A stretch of 64,000 bases of DNA from Mustelus asterias (lineage: Eukaryota), in NCBI RefSeq assembly GCF_964213995.1, contig NC_135803.1, positions 92,628,001 through 92,692,000 of the forward strand, written 5' to 3'. Positions 11,590 through 23,905 of the stretch are shown in pieces. The translations under genes and the position numbers were made by a program. Position 1 is the first letter of the stretch, and every line of letters begins with the position of its first letter. The notes beneath the pieces were generated by a model. It saw nothing but the letters and a program-made list of their open reading frames with translations, did no database searches and was not told the DNA's origin.

Positions 11590-11960
11590 AAGGCCTCTTC
11601 CCTCTTGGTAAAGGAGATAGGTTTTAGGGAGCATCTTCCTGGCAGTGAGAAAGGCAGAGAGGTTAGGGAGGGAATTCCAGGGTTTTGGGCAGCATTAGCA
11701 CAAGCAACAATAGTGGCCTGATAACACTGCAGTTTGGAGTAAACATTGAGGAGGGTTGTAGGCCTGGAGGAAGTTACAGAGATAGGGAAAGGCAAGGCCC
11801 CGAGGACTGAAAACCAGAAGGAGAACTTTAAAAAATGTGCTGTTGCCCAATCAGGAGCCAACATAGGTCAGTGAGCACAGGGGTGGTGGGCGAGTGAAAC
11901 TTGGTGCGAGTTAGGATACAGGCAGCAGAGTTTATACGCTGGGAGGCCAAGAGAGCAAGA
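11590..11960 (-). mobile_element. L2-clade LINE 3' fragment
   Basis: ggtaaaggagataggttttagggagcatctt..gagagg..agggagggaattccag; homologous to 55310-55620 and 30810-31100. Confidence 0.65.
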
Positions 11961-11972
11961 TATTTAAGGGTT

Positions 11973-12768
11973 CATAGAGTCATAGATGTTTACAGCATGG
12001 AAACAGGCCCTTCGGCCCAACTTGTCCATGCCGTCCTTTTTTTTAAAAACCCCTAGGCTAGTCCCAATTGCCCGCATTTGGCCCATATCCCTCTACACCC
12101 ATCTTACCCATGTAACTGTCTAAATGTTTTTTAAAAGTCAAAATTGTACCTGCCTCTACTACTACCTCTGGCAGCTTGTTCCAGACACTCACCACCCTCT
12201 GTGTGAAAAAATTGCCCCACTGGACACTTTTGTATCTCTCCCCTCTCACCTTAAACCTATGCCCTCTAGATTTAGACTCCCCTACCTTTGGAAAAAGATA
12301 CTGACTATCTAGCTGATCTGTGCCCCTCATTATTTTATAGACCTCTATAAGATCACACTCAGCCTTCTACGTTCCAGAGAAAAAAGTCCCAGTCCATCCA
12401 GACTCTCATAACTCAAATCATCAAGTCCCGGTAGCATCCTCGTAAATCTCTTCTGCACTCTTTCTAGTTTAATAATATCCTTTCTATAATAGGGTGACCA
12501 GAATTGCACACGTTCCAAGTGTGGCCTTACCAATGTCTTGTACAACTTCAACGAGACGTCCCAACTCCTGTATTCAATGTTCTGACCAATGAAACCAAAG
12601 CATGCTGAATGCCTTCTTCACCACTCTGTCCACCTGTGACTCCACTTTCAAGGAGCTATGAACCTGTACCCCTAGATCTCTTTGTTCTGTAACTCTCCCC
12701 AACGCCCTACCATTAACTGAGTAAGTCCTGCCCTGGTTCAATCTACCAAAATGCATCACCTCGCATTT
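11973..12768 (-). mobile_element. CR1/HER1 LINE, 5'-truncated, frameshifted
   Basis: ORF pieces LYKTLVRPHLE..QFWSPYY..LERVQKRFTRMLPG and SRGHRFKV..FFTQRVV, plus the 3' tail. Confidence 0.95.
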
Positions 12769-13439
12769 AATGTGGTTAATGATTACTGAAAAGTCTGAAG
12801 TGTAACAATAACTGAGTTAAACCTCTGCCCCTGTCTCTAACCCCTTTGCCTCTGTCTTCAACAATGCTAGAACAATGCCAGTTTGGCTGGTAGATGTGAT
12901 GAGGATCCATTTTTAAGAAGTGATTTATTGTTCATCCTTGCCTGTTCGCTGTCTTTAAAGGTTCATGTTCTCATGGATTGAGGTCCAAATTACTGCCCAT
13001 ATTCCTTCTGTAATGTCAATTCCCTTTTGAGATTGGTCATTGTGTCTGGCTGGGTAATTGTTCAAACAGCCATTTCTCCTACAAGATTGTGATTAGTGAT
13101 AAGTTGCAGGGAAGTGCTTGATGCTGTGGCCTGGTTTGCAGACAGATTTACTTTGCTGTTCTATGCTTAACCAGGTCATTGCCTCATTAACGGTAGTAGG
13201 AACTCTGATTACCTCCAAGGCCAATTACTCATTTTGACCTCAGAAATATTGATCAGGTGCTCAGAATCACCAAAGACAGACAGTTGCGCTTTGCTGGGAG
13301 CAATTTGAACTTTGTATTTTCCAAATTGGGTTCACTGCAGCCGGCTGTTTTTATCAGTGTATTTTAAATGGAGGTGCCCTTGAAATTAGATGAAACTTTG
13401 GAAACCTTTTTTCCCACAATTTGTTCCCAATTTATTCTC

Positions 13440-13762
13440 CTGATGTTGGGTGCTGGAGACAAGGCTGAGCTTCTTGCCCATCCTGATTTATTGCTTGACT
13501 GAATGGCTAGTGAGGCCACCTCGGAGGTCATTAACACTTGTTACATAGTGTGGGACTGGAGTCACATGTAAGTCAAGGCAGTGACAGCTCCCTTTCCCTG
13601 AAGGATACCAATGAGCCGGTTAGATTTTTAATAACAACCCAGCAGCCTTTGTCCTCCTTTCCTATTGCTAGCCCATGAACTACTAGATTTATTCATTCAT
13701 TTTCACAAATTGCCATGGTGGGATTTGAATTCTCAACTCTGGGCTGCTAATCCTATGCCATA
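13440..13762 (-). mobile_element. Diverged copy of the second SINE family
   Basis: Collinear with 11215-11585 (ctggagtcacatgtaagtca.., gccatggtgggatttgaa). Confidence 0.65.
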
Positions 13763-14867
13763 ATAAAACAGTCTGTGACTTGTTAAAACGGGGCTAAAAA
13801 TATCTACTGAATTGCATACAAAATAACACAACTCCAGCTTTTGATCACCCTGATGAGCCTCGATAAACAGGAAGCCTGCTGTTGATCAGGAGTGTGTAAT
13901 AAGGTGAGATCCCCACAAATGCATTTTGAAACTGCCAGTGCAGGGTGACGTAAGCATGACTGCCAGGCAGCAGAATGTTCAGCAACATCTCCCAGTAATA
14001 GCTCATGGACCGAGGTCCTTCTTGCTGGTGTGCTTGTGCTTCCAGCCCTTTTCCTTTCCAGTTTCACGCCTTTACCTCCCCTATTAGGCAATCTGCTTTC
14101 TGGGCTGTCACTGGCACTCCTGCAATGTGCCTGGAAAACAAACTGGAATGTGCTTGACATTTTATTCAGAAAGAAAGCTTCACAACATCTCATGTAACTT
14201 CATTGCAGTGTTAATGTAAGCCTACTTGTGACACTAATAAATAACATTTTTGATCTGCTTGCCCAATAAAAAACTCTCAAATCTTATGAATCCATGGTGC
14301 TCTCATAAGCCACGTTTGAACAGAATATATTTAGATGTATAGTATATTTTTTAAGTGTTCCAGTGTATTTGGGACATTTCAAATTCTGCAGTGCCTTAAA
14401 ATAGAATAAGTGCTCATTGGTTCTTCCATCAGCTGGCCATGGTTTTTGGTACAGCACTGAATTACCATGCAAGGCCATTCCATGAGCGGGTGCTTCATTT
14501 CTGGTCCGAGGGATTGCTAATGCCAGCACTGTGATGCTTGAACTCCTCCAGTCATTTCCAAGCTGATTTCTCATTGTTATTAAGGTGTAGCCAACAAGAG
14601 AGAGATTAACGCAGATTTTTAAAAAATACTTGTAGGTGATAGATAAGTATTGCTTTTTGAGCGCCTGATGGTTTTGAATTCCATCAATATAGGTGGCCGG
14701 CTTTGCCCGCCCTCTGGGAGTAAAGATGCTGCTAAAAGGTGTGGAAAAAGCAAAGCGAGTTGCAAATTGTGTTTTTGGGGAGGTGTAAATGAAAGAGCTC
14801 CCACTGTGGTGGCAGCTTAGGGTGGAACCATCTGCACTACTGTATTGAGTCCAGGCTGGCCTCTAAT

Positions 14868-14971
14868 GCACATACAAACATGCGCATGTGCAAACACACA
14901 CACACGCACGTGCACACTCGCGCGCGCGCACACACACACAGGCATGCCCACATGCATGCATGCATACACAC
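14868..14971. repeat. Alternating purine-pyrimidine microsatellite (CA/CG/TGCA)
   Basis: cacacacacacgcacgtgcacactcgcgcgcgcgcacacacacac..catgcatgcatgcatacacac. Confidence 0.9.
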
Positions 14972-15177
14972 CCTCACCCCCCACTCTGCATTGCTGGTGG
15001 TAGCTTCTTCTAACTGCTTTGGATCAGAGCTCTCACTTGTACCTCATTAGCAGTGAGGCTCATGCTGTGAAGTTGCACTTTTGTTGTTATCCTAACTTGT
15101 GTGGAATATCAGTGTCTATAAACTGTAGTACTTAAGGGGCACTCACAGCTTATTTTTCACAACAATTCAAATTATTC

Positions 15178-16187
15178 CATAGAACCATAGAATCCCTGCA
15201 GTGCAGAAGGAAGCCATTTGGCCCAGCGAGTCTGCACCAACTCTCCGAAAGAGCATCTTACGGAGGGACCTAGGTGTGCAAGTCCACAAATCCTTGAAGG
15301 TGGCAACACAGGTGGAGAAGGTGGTGAAGAAGGCATATGGTATGCTTGCCTTTATAGGACGGGGTATAGAGTATAAAAGCTGGAGTCTGATGTTGCAGCT
15401 GTATAGAATGCTGGTTAGGCCACATTTGGAGTACTGCGTCCAGTTCTGGCCACTGCACTACCAGAAGGACGTGGAGGCGTTGGAGAGAGTGCAGAGAAGG
15501 TTTACCAGGATGTTGCCTGGTATGGAGGGTTTTAGCTATGAGGAGAGATTGGGTAAACTGGGGTTGTTCTCCCTGGAAAGACAGAGAATGAGGGGAGATC
15601 TAATAGAGGTGTACAAGATTATGAAGGGGATAGATAGGGTGAATGGTGGGAAGCTTTTTCCCAGATCAGAAGTGACGTTCACGAGGGGTCACAGGCTCAA
15701 GGTGAGAGGGGCGAAGTATAACTCAGATATTAGAGGGATGTTTTTTACACAGAGGGTGGTGGGGGCCTGGAATGCGCTGCCAAGTAGGGAGGTGGAGGCA
15801 GGCACGCTGACATCGTTTAAGACTTACCTGGATAGTCACATGAGCAGCCTGGGAATGGAGAGATACAAACGATTGGTCTAGTTGGACCAAGGAGCGGCAC
15901 AGGCTTGGAGGGCCGAAGGGCCTGTTTCCTGTGCTGTACTGTTCTTTGTTCTTTGTTCTTTACCTTGCCCCCCCATCGTCCTATCCCCATGACTCCACGC
16001 ACTTACCATGGCTAATCCATCTGACCTGCACGTCCTTGGACTGTGGTAGGAAACCGAAGCACCCAGAGGATACCCACGCAGACACGGGGAGAATGTGCAA
16101 ACTCCACAGAGAAAATCACTCAACGTCAGAATTGTTGGTCCCTGGCGCTGAGGCAGCAGTGCTAACCACTGTGCCATTGTGCTGCCC
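15178..16187 (-). mobile_element. HE1-type V-SINE split in two (15178-15260 and 15961-16187) by a CR1 insertion
   Basis: The SINE tail precedes the CR1 and the tRNA-like head follows it; the halves rejoin as gagcatctta|cc. Confidence 0.85.
15261..15960 (+). mobile_element. Young 5'-truncated CR1 LINE (ORF2 C-terminus open)
   Basis: RDLGVQVH..LVRPHLEYCVQFW..RGDLIEVYKIM..TRGHRLKV..FFTQRVV, followed by a (gttcttt)n tail. Confidence 0.95.
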
Positions 16188-16409
16188 TTAATTTTTCTTT
16201 AATTTTTCTTTAATTCTTTTATTCTGAATCTATTCCATTTAACACTGTGATCATGCCACCTGATACAATGGAACTGTCCTCAGTCTGAAGATGGGACTTT
16301 ACCACCACGTAGTCCTTCTGGAGACAATGAGCAGACACATCTGCATCAGGCAGTTTGGTGATAATGAAGTCAAGTCAATTTATCTTCTTGTTGGTTCTCT
16401 CTATTGCCA

Positions 16410-17645
16410 CAGGTCCATAGATAGATTGGGAGTAAGTGTGAGATCATGCACTTTAATAGGAATTAAAAGGCAGATTATTATCTAAAAGGAGAGAGACTGC
16501 AGGTGAGTGAAGTACAGAGGGATCTAGGTGTTCTAGTGCATGAATCGCGAAAAGCTATCAGGTCCAACAAGTAGCTAATGCAAATGGCATTTTGGCCTTT
16601 ATTGCAAAGGGGTTGGAGTTTAAAAACAGGGAGGTTTTGTTGCAATTGTACAGGGTGTTCATGAGGCCTCACCTGGAATATTGCATGCAGTTTTGGTCAC
16701 CTTGCTTAAAAAGGGATATAGTAACAATGGGCATAGTAACAAACATAGGGCAGCACGGTGGCAAGCATTGCTGCCTCACAGCACCGGGTTCAATTCCAGC
16801 CTTGGGTGCCTGTTTGTGTGGAGTTTGCATGTTCTCCCTGTGTCTGCATGAGTTTCCGCCTTGAGTCTCATGGCATCAAGTCAAACATGGCCATGGAAAC
16901 CTCCTGCTGATTACCACTTGGGGCGGCACAATGGTTAGCATTGCTGCCTCTGTGCCAGGTACCCAGGTTCGATTCCCGGCTTGGGTCACTGTCTGTGTGG
17001 AGTTTACACATTCTCCCCATGGTGGACTCTCCCATAGTCCAAAGATATGCAGTGAGGTGGATTGAACATGGTAAATTGTCCCTTAGTGACCAAAGATGTG
17101 TAGGTTAGATGGATTAGCCATAGTAAATGTGTGGGGTTACGGGGATAGGGTGTGGGAGAGGGCCTGGTAACGTACTCTGTCAGAGAATCGGTGCCGACTC
17201 GATGGGCTGAATGGCCTCCTTCTGCACTGTAGGGATTCTATGATTCTAACATTGAAGTCCAAAGGAGATTCGCCAGGCTAATTCCTGGGATGGGAGGGTT
17301 GTCCTCTCAAGAGAAATTAAATAGTCTGGACCTGTATTCTTTGCAGTTTAGAAGAGTGAGGGGTGACTTTATTCAAACATACAAGGTCCCGAGAGGGCTT
17401 GACAGGGTAGATGGTGACAAGATAAAGGGCCAGTCATTTAAAACTGAAGTGCATAGAAATTTCTTCTTGCAGAGAGTGGTGAATCTCTGGAATTCTCTGC
17501 GCCAAAGCTTGTTGGGGACTGACCATTGGTATTTAAAGTGGAGATGGATAAATATTTGAAAGATTAAGGAATAGAGGACGATGGGGAAATGGCACAGAAA
17601 GGGAATTGAGGCCAGCATAAATCAGCCATGGGGCAGGCTTGAAGG
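16410..17645 (+). mobile_element. Degenerate CR1 3' region containing a rearranged SINE
   Basis: AFIAKGLEFKNREVLLQLY..RPHLEYC and RRVRGDFIQTYK pieces lie either side of the SINE. Confidence 0.85.
16748..17247 (+). mobile_element. HE1-type V-SINE with a duplicated head and 61 bp of captured flank
   Basis: Two tRNA-like heads (16748 and 16920) separated by sequence that is the reverse complement of 18186-18246. Confidence 0.85.
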
Positions 17646-17860
17646 GCCTGGTGTTCTTGAGTGTTTTTGTCCAGTTTGGTAGACGTGTACTTCAGGACTC
17701 AGCAAGCTTGCTCAGTTGTGGTACTATAAGCCGATTTTGCTGATGGACATTGCAGACCCCAACCAGAGTACATTCTGTATCGTTGGCATCCTCAGTGCTT
17801 CTTCCAAATGCTGTTCAACATGAAGGAATACTGATACCCCAGCTGAGGGAGGGCAGTAAA

Positions 17861-18185
17861 ATCATAGAATCCTACAGTGCAGAAGGAGGCCATTCGGCCC
17901 ATCAAGTCTGCATTGACCACAATCCCACCCAGGCCCTATCCTCATAACCCCATGCATTTACCCTAGCTAGTCCCCCTGACACTAAGGGGCAATTTAACAT
18001 GGCCAATCCGCCTAACCCGCACATCTTTGGAGTGTGGGAGGAAACTGGAGCCCCCAGAGGAAACCCACACAGACACGGGGAGAATGTGCAAACTCCACAC
18101 AGACAGTGACCCAAGCCGGGAATCGAACCTGGGTACCTGGCACTGAGAGGCAGCAGTGTTAACCACTGTGCTACCGTGCCGCCCC
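17861..18185 (-). mobile_element. HE1-type V-SINE, full length
   Basis: Head ggggcggcacggtagcacagtggttaacac..ggttcgattccc (A/B boxes), V-domain and CR1 tail. Confidence 0.95.
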
Positions 18186-18515
18186 AAGTGGTAATCAGCA
18201 GGAGGCTTCCATGGCCATGTTTGACTTGATGCCATGAGACTCAAGGTCCAGAGTCGATGTTGCGGTCTCCCAGGGCAGCTCGCTCCCGTCTCGATATCAC
18301 TGTGTCACTACCTGTGGTGCATCTGTCCTGCTGGTGGGACAGGACATACCCAGGAATGGTGATGGAGGATTCTAAGGGAATTGGCTATATGGTTTCAGAT
18401 GACAGTGTCAGGCTGTTGCTTGTCTAGTCTATGGGGCAGGTCTCCCAATTTAGACACAAACCCTCAGAGGTTGGTGAGGAGGACTTTGCAGGGTCTGATT
18501 GGGCTGGTTGTGTAC
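18186..18515 (-). mobile_element. LINE APE-endonuclease fragment (CR1-group)
   Basis: Minus strand encodes ITIPGYVLSHQQDR, typical of the N-terminal endonuclease region. Confidence 0.6.
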
Positions 18516-18595
18516 TAGGGTGAGACACTCCTCCTCCTTCTCTCTTTGACAACTTAGCAGAAATCAGGAGCCTGCAATGTGAGGATTGGGATGAG

Positions 18596-18922
18596 AAATC
18601 ATAGAAACCCTACAGTGCAGAAGGAGGCCATTCGGCCCATCGAGTCTGCACCGACCACAATCCCACCCAGGCCCTACCCCCACATATTTACCCGCTAATC
18701 TACGTATCTCAGGACTCTAAGGGGCAATTTTTTAACCTAGCCAATCAACCTAACCCGCACATCTTTGGACTGTGGGAGGAAACCGGAGCACCCGGAGGAA
18801 ACCCACGCAGACACGAGGAGAATGTGCAAACTCCACACAGACAGTGACCCGAGCCGGGAATCGAACCCGGGACCCTGGAGCTGTGAAGCAGCAGTGCTAA
18901 CCACTGTGCTACCGTGCCGCCC
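18596..18922 (-). mobile_element. HE1-type V-SINE, full length, young
   Basis: CpG-rich head and V-domain nearly identical to 40336-40644. Confidence 0.95.
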
Positions 18923-19226
18923 CCTTCATCTCTCCTCTGTGTTATAATGTACAAATTCTCTGCAACAATGCAATATATTATAACATGCTAGTCCTTTGAG
19001 CACTGAATTTATTGCAGGGAAACTTGAGTTTAACTCCTTGACTTGATGTGACATTTCCTGTGATCCCAGCATGTTCACAATGATTTTCAGTTTACCTCAT
19101 GTTCGTGGTGGTGTGTCAGATGGTTAGACTTCACTTTTGTGAAGGTTCAGAATTAAAAAACATTTGATTGAAAAAAAGATTGGTACAAATTAATTTGGTG
19201 AATGACAAACTTGTGCAGCTTTATCT

Positions 19227-19507
19227 TCATAGAATCATAGAGTCCCTACAGTGCAGAAGGAGGCCATTCGGTCCATCGAGTCTGCACCGACTTATCCAGG
19301 CTTACCCTGTAACCCCATGTATTTACTCCACTAATCCACCAAACCTATATATCTTGGAGCAATTTAGCCGATCTACCTAACCCGCACATTCTTTGGACTG
19401 TGGGAGGAAACCCACGCAGACACAGGGAGAACGTGCAAACTCCACACAGTCACCCAGAGCTGGAATTGAACCCGGCTCCCTGTCATGGTGAGGTAGCAGT
19501 GCTAAGC
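19227..19507 (-). mobile_element. HE1-type V-SINE
   Basis: Tail, V-domain and head all recognisable. Confidence 0.9.
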
Positions 19508-19509
19508 AT

Positions 19510-20860
19510 GACATCCTTGTTTTTGTATTCAAAGCCAAATATCCTATTGTCTTTTCTTCAGTGCTTTATCAACTTGTTCTACCATCTAAGCTTCTGAATG
19601 TGCAACCCCAGGTCTCTGTCCTTGTACACCCCAGTTCAAATCTAATGCTTTTAGATTATGCTGCTTTTGCATGCTGTTTCTCCCACATTGCATCACTTCA
19701 CATGTAGCCATGTTAAACTCCATCTGCCATGTGTGTCCATTTCTCCAATTTGTCTACAATCACCTGCTATCTTGTTCATTATTTACTACACTGCAAAGTT
19801 TTGTATTTACTGTAAACTTCAAAGTTGCACGACTCATATCCAAGTCCAGGTCATTTATATATAACAGGAAAAGCAATGATCCCTGGGGAACGTCACCGAA
19901 TACTTGCCACCACTCACATCCATTCACCAATACTCCCTGCCATCTATCTCTGGGCCAATTCTGAACCCATATTTCCATTGACCCTTCCATACCATGTGCC
20001 GGTATAATTTTTCTTTCAATGACAATGTAGTTTTCCCATATCTGATGTTAGGCTGATTGACCTGTAGTTACCCAGTTCATCTCTTTCTGAACAGGGGTGC
20101 AACATTAACAGTCCTCTAACATCAGCCCGAGATCCAAACAGGAATGAAAGATTATGGTCGGTGTCTGCAGCTCCACCAGTGCTTCCCTCAGTGAACTACG
20201 ATGCATCTCATATGGAGCGGGTCACTTGTTAGCTTTGGGAAATGTCAACCTATTTAGTACCTTCTTTCTATCTACATTCATTCTGTCCAATATCTTTAAT
20301 CCCCATTCTCTATGGCAACCTATTCATCCTGTCTTGTGAGAGTGTAAAGCACTTACTCAATACCTCAGTCATGCCTGTGCCTACTGTAGATTGCCTTTCT
20401 TGATCCTGATTGTCCCCATCATTCCTTTAACTATCCTTTTGATTTAAAAACATGGGCATTTCCTGACTTGTCTGCTGACCTTTTTCTCTCTTTGCCCTTC
20501 TTAATCCTTCAGTTTCCTTCTGCACTGTCTGCATTCTGCCTGTTTTGTGACACGATTTTTGTACTTGACATTTGTTATAAGCCTACCTTTTCTATTTTGT
20601 TTTAACCTCCAGTCCCTTTGTCACCCAAGAACTCTAGCTTTGGCTGCCCCATTCTTGCTTCTTACAGGAATATGTGTAGTTTGTACCTGCCTTATCTCGG
20701 CTGCTGGTCTGCTGTTTCTCATTCTGTGTTTCCAGCCCATCTGTGCCCGACCCCTTCTCCAATATCTGAAATTGGCTATCTCCCTGTTGGGTATTTTCAC
20801 TTTTGATTTTTCTTTGCTCTCCTGATCCCTCCCTGCCTCTCATCTGAGTTGAGATTATGA
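19510..20860 (-). mobile_element. Highly degenerate CR1 ORF2
   Basis: Minus-strand DVPQGSLLFLLYINDLD and KFTVNTKL remnants. Confidence 0.7.
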
Positions 20861-21435
20861 ATTTATCATGTGGCGAATCATATTGCTGCTTGTCTTACTG
20901 CTGTGATACAGGGCTTGTTTTAATTTTCTGTTTGACTGTCCACCCCACTTTTCCAGCATTGACACTGAAAATTTGACAGGCGTCTTATATTGGCCAGAGA
21001 TCCTTTCTCATCAGGATGTAATCTCTAATTTTATTACATTTATTGAGATCTAGAATGACTGCTGGCATCTGTTTTCTTCTGAATTGTCACTAAATGTTGT
21101 GATCTGTATTGCATCAACATCTTACTATCTTTTAAAAGTGAAATCCATGGTGGGCATTAACTTTCTCATTGGTCTGAATGTCAGAGTGTATGTTTATCTC
21201 TCTGTTGCTGAAACATATCTGGTCACCCGGAGGGAGAGAAACAGCAGACCAGCAGCGGAGATAAGGCAGGTACAAACTACACATATTCCTGTAAGAAGCA
21301 AGAATGGGGCAGCCAAAGCGAGAGTTCTTGGGTGACAAAGGGACTGGAAGTTAAAATAAAATAGAAAAGGTAGGCTGAGGGCAAATGTCAAGTACAAAAT
21401 CGTGTCACAAAACAGGCAGAATGCAGACAGTGCAG
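20520..21435. repeat. 200-bp inverted duplication (20520-20720 / 21236-21435)
   Basis: Manual alignment gives 8 substitutions and 1 indel (~95% identity), with a 515-bp spacer. Confidence 0.95.
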
Positions 21436-21589
21436 GGGGGGAGACTGAAGACACCGATTTTAACACTGAATGCCTCAATTTGGATAAAATGCCCCCCTTT
21501 TTAAAGCAAGTCCTTCTCTCGGCTATATTAATCGTTGACCCATGTTAGGTGTTCCTGCGCCATACCTGTCGCAAAGGTGAGGGGCGACT

Positions 21590-22147
21590 GGCTCCCTGAC
21601 CTCTGCCGGCCGCCTCCCTGGCCTCTGCCCGCCGGCTCCCTGACCTCTGCCGGCCGCCTCCCTGACCTCTGCCAGCCGCCTCCCTGACCTCTGCCCGCCG
21701 GCTCCCTGACCTCTGCCGGCCGCCTCCCTGACCTCTGCCGGCCGCCTCCCTGGCCTCTGCCCGCCGGCTCCCTGACCTCTGCCGGCCGCCTCCCTGACCT
21801 CTGCCCGCCGGCCCCCTGACCTCTGCCGGCCGGCTCCCTGACCTCTGCCCGCCGGCTCCCTGACCTCTGCCGGCCGCCTCCCTGGCCTCTGCCGGCCGCC
21901 TCCCTGGCCTCTGCCGGCCGGCTCCCTGGCCTCTGCCGGCCGGCTCCCTGACCTCTGCCGGCCGGCTCCCTGACCTCTGCCGGCCGACTCCCTGACCTCT
22001 GCCGGCCGGCTCCCTGACCTCTGCCGGCCGGCTCCCTGACCTCTGCCGGCCGCCTCCCTGACCTCTGCCGGCCGCCTCCCTGACCTCTGCCGGCCGCCTC
22101 CCTGACCTCTGCCGGCCGCCTCCCTGGCCGGCTCCCTGGCCTCTGCC
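21590..22147. repeat. 22-bp GC-rich minisatellite, ~25 units
   Basis: Unit CTCCCTGACCTCTGCCGGCCG(C/G) with few variants. Confidence 0.97.
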
Positions 22148-22747
22148 AGTGTTGTTCATGAACCCATCAGAAGACCTATACTTGGGATATCGGTTGCTCT
22201 TTCCTTTGAAAGATGTACCACTGGCAGTTTCAAATTCCTAAATTAAAGCTTTAATTGATGTAGATTGAGAATTTAATTAAAATGTTATGAGGCTATTGTT
22301 TCCTTTAAATTGCTTTTTAAAGTCATTAGTCATTTTTCACCATTTTATTAATGCTTAATGTATCACCAAAGAGATTGCTTGGATTGTTTCTCCTGTGACT
22401 AGGATGCCTGCGGATCGGACAACTAGAAATCTCTTAAATCTCTTGGGTAATGCTGTTCGAGGCTTGACAACCTCTGTGGGCGATATCTCTAAATCCTGTG
22501 TCTGCTCGCACTGTGTATTCAATGTAATAATTATATAAAGTTGAGATTCAGATTTAAAGTGTGATTTCCATTATCAAAGTCTTTCATTTGATTTTGACAC
22601 GAGTTCCGGAATGACTGGCAGCGGTTGTTTACTCTGAACTACCATGGAAATTTATGTGTATTACTTCAAAACCATGTTTCCTTTTAAAAAGTTTGACTAA
22701 GAACCTTTTGTGTATCTATAAAGTGTAGAACACAGATTTGCCTTTTG

Positions 22748-22871
22748 ATACATGCTTGTTACACAGGAATGGGTCTATGCCTGGTACATGTCTGTTACAC
22801 AGGTATGTGTCTGTCACACATGTATTGGCCTGTGCTTGGTACATGTCTGTTACACAGGTATGGGCCTGTGC
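22748..22871. repeat. Short degenerate tandem repeat
   Basis: Three recurrences of tacatg(t)ctgttacacagg(t/a)atg. Confidence 0.7.
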
Positions 22872-23659
22872 TTTGAGGTCAGTTAGTTATCTATCTACAG
22901 CACCTCTGTGGGAATTGCTAAAGATTTTGTTCCGTGTGCAGGTTCCAACATGAATCTTCAGACTTGGTACGTGGCTGTTGTGACGGTAATTATTTTTGTA
23001 ATACCCAGATGATGTAAGGTTCTTGGAACCAGTAAGTGTAATATGTTCTGCATGACCCTGAGCTTGTCACTCCTCTATTTTTCCCTCCATGCATTTAGCT
23101 AAATGAAACTTCAGGCAAGAAAGCTGGAAGTTTGAATTCACTAATCCTTGAAGACAGCTGTGGAGATTGTGCTACATGATTAACCTGTCCCTGTTCATTT
23201 AGTTCCAGGCTGGATGTTAAATTGCTCTGCCTGCTATTTTACAATGATTCCTGTATACAGCCTGTAAGTGGTTTCCACTTCAAGGCAGTTGCACCTCTTA
23301 AAGAGAACCTGCATTGCAGTTGTTAAAATGAGGTGGGAGTTTTTTGAAAAGTAAACCTGGGCTGTGACATTTTGAGGATTGACGGAATGTGCAAGAGAAA
23401 GCACCAAGGTTTTGTGACAATATGCTGGATGTCTTGGAGTGAGAGGTTGTAAAGAAAGATGTCCTCTAACCACAGTGGGTGGGGTGGGGCACTTGAGGCC
23501 CTGGAGACATATGCTCAGTGTGAAGATGGACCAGCGGAGGCCAATCCCAGGAGAAGTTTAATGATCTCATATCAGAGTTGTCAAGGTTCAATTTCACATG
23601 GCATCGCCTACCAACCACATCACTAGCCTCATCTACTCAAATTGCCATAACCAAAGGCT

Positions 23660-23905
23660 TGCTGTGCTTGAAAGCCTGCACACCACCATCCTGTCTTGGA
23701 AATATATCACTGTCACCTCACTGTCGGTGGGCCAAAATCCTGGAATTCCCTCCCTAACAGTACTGTGGCTGTACCTACACCACATGGACTACAGCGGTTC
23801 AAGAAGGCAGCTCACCACCATCTTCTGAAGGGCAATTAGGGATAGGCAATAAATGCTGGTCTAGCCAGTGATGCCCACATCCCATAATTGAATGAAAAGA
23901 AACAA
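23660..23905 (+). mobile_element. LINE 3' end (CR1-group family distinct from HER1)
   Basis: aatcctggaattccctccctaacag..gcggttcaagaaggcagctcaccacca..aataaatgctgg..cccacatcccat; its tail is shared with the SINEs at 11215 and 13440. Confidence 0.7.

Noticed and set aside
21214-21230. hAT-like TIR (atctggtcaccc) beside the inverted duplication
   Set aside because: No partner TIR or 8-bp TSD found.
21545-22159. 204-aa Gly/Arg-rich ORF
   Set aside because: Translation of the 22-bp minisatellite cycling through frames; no independent coding evidence.
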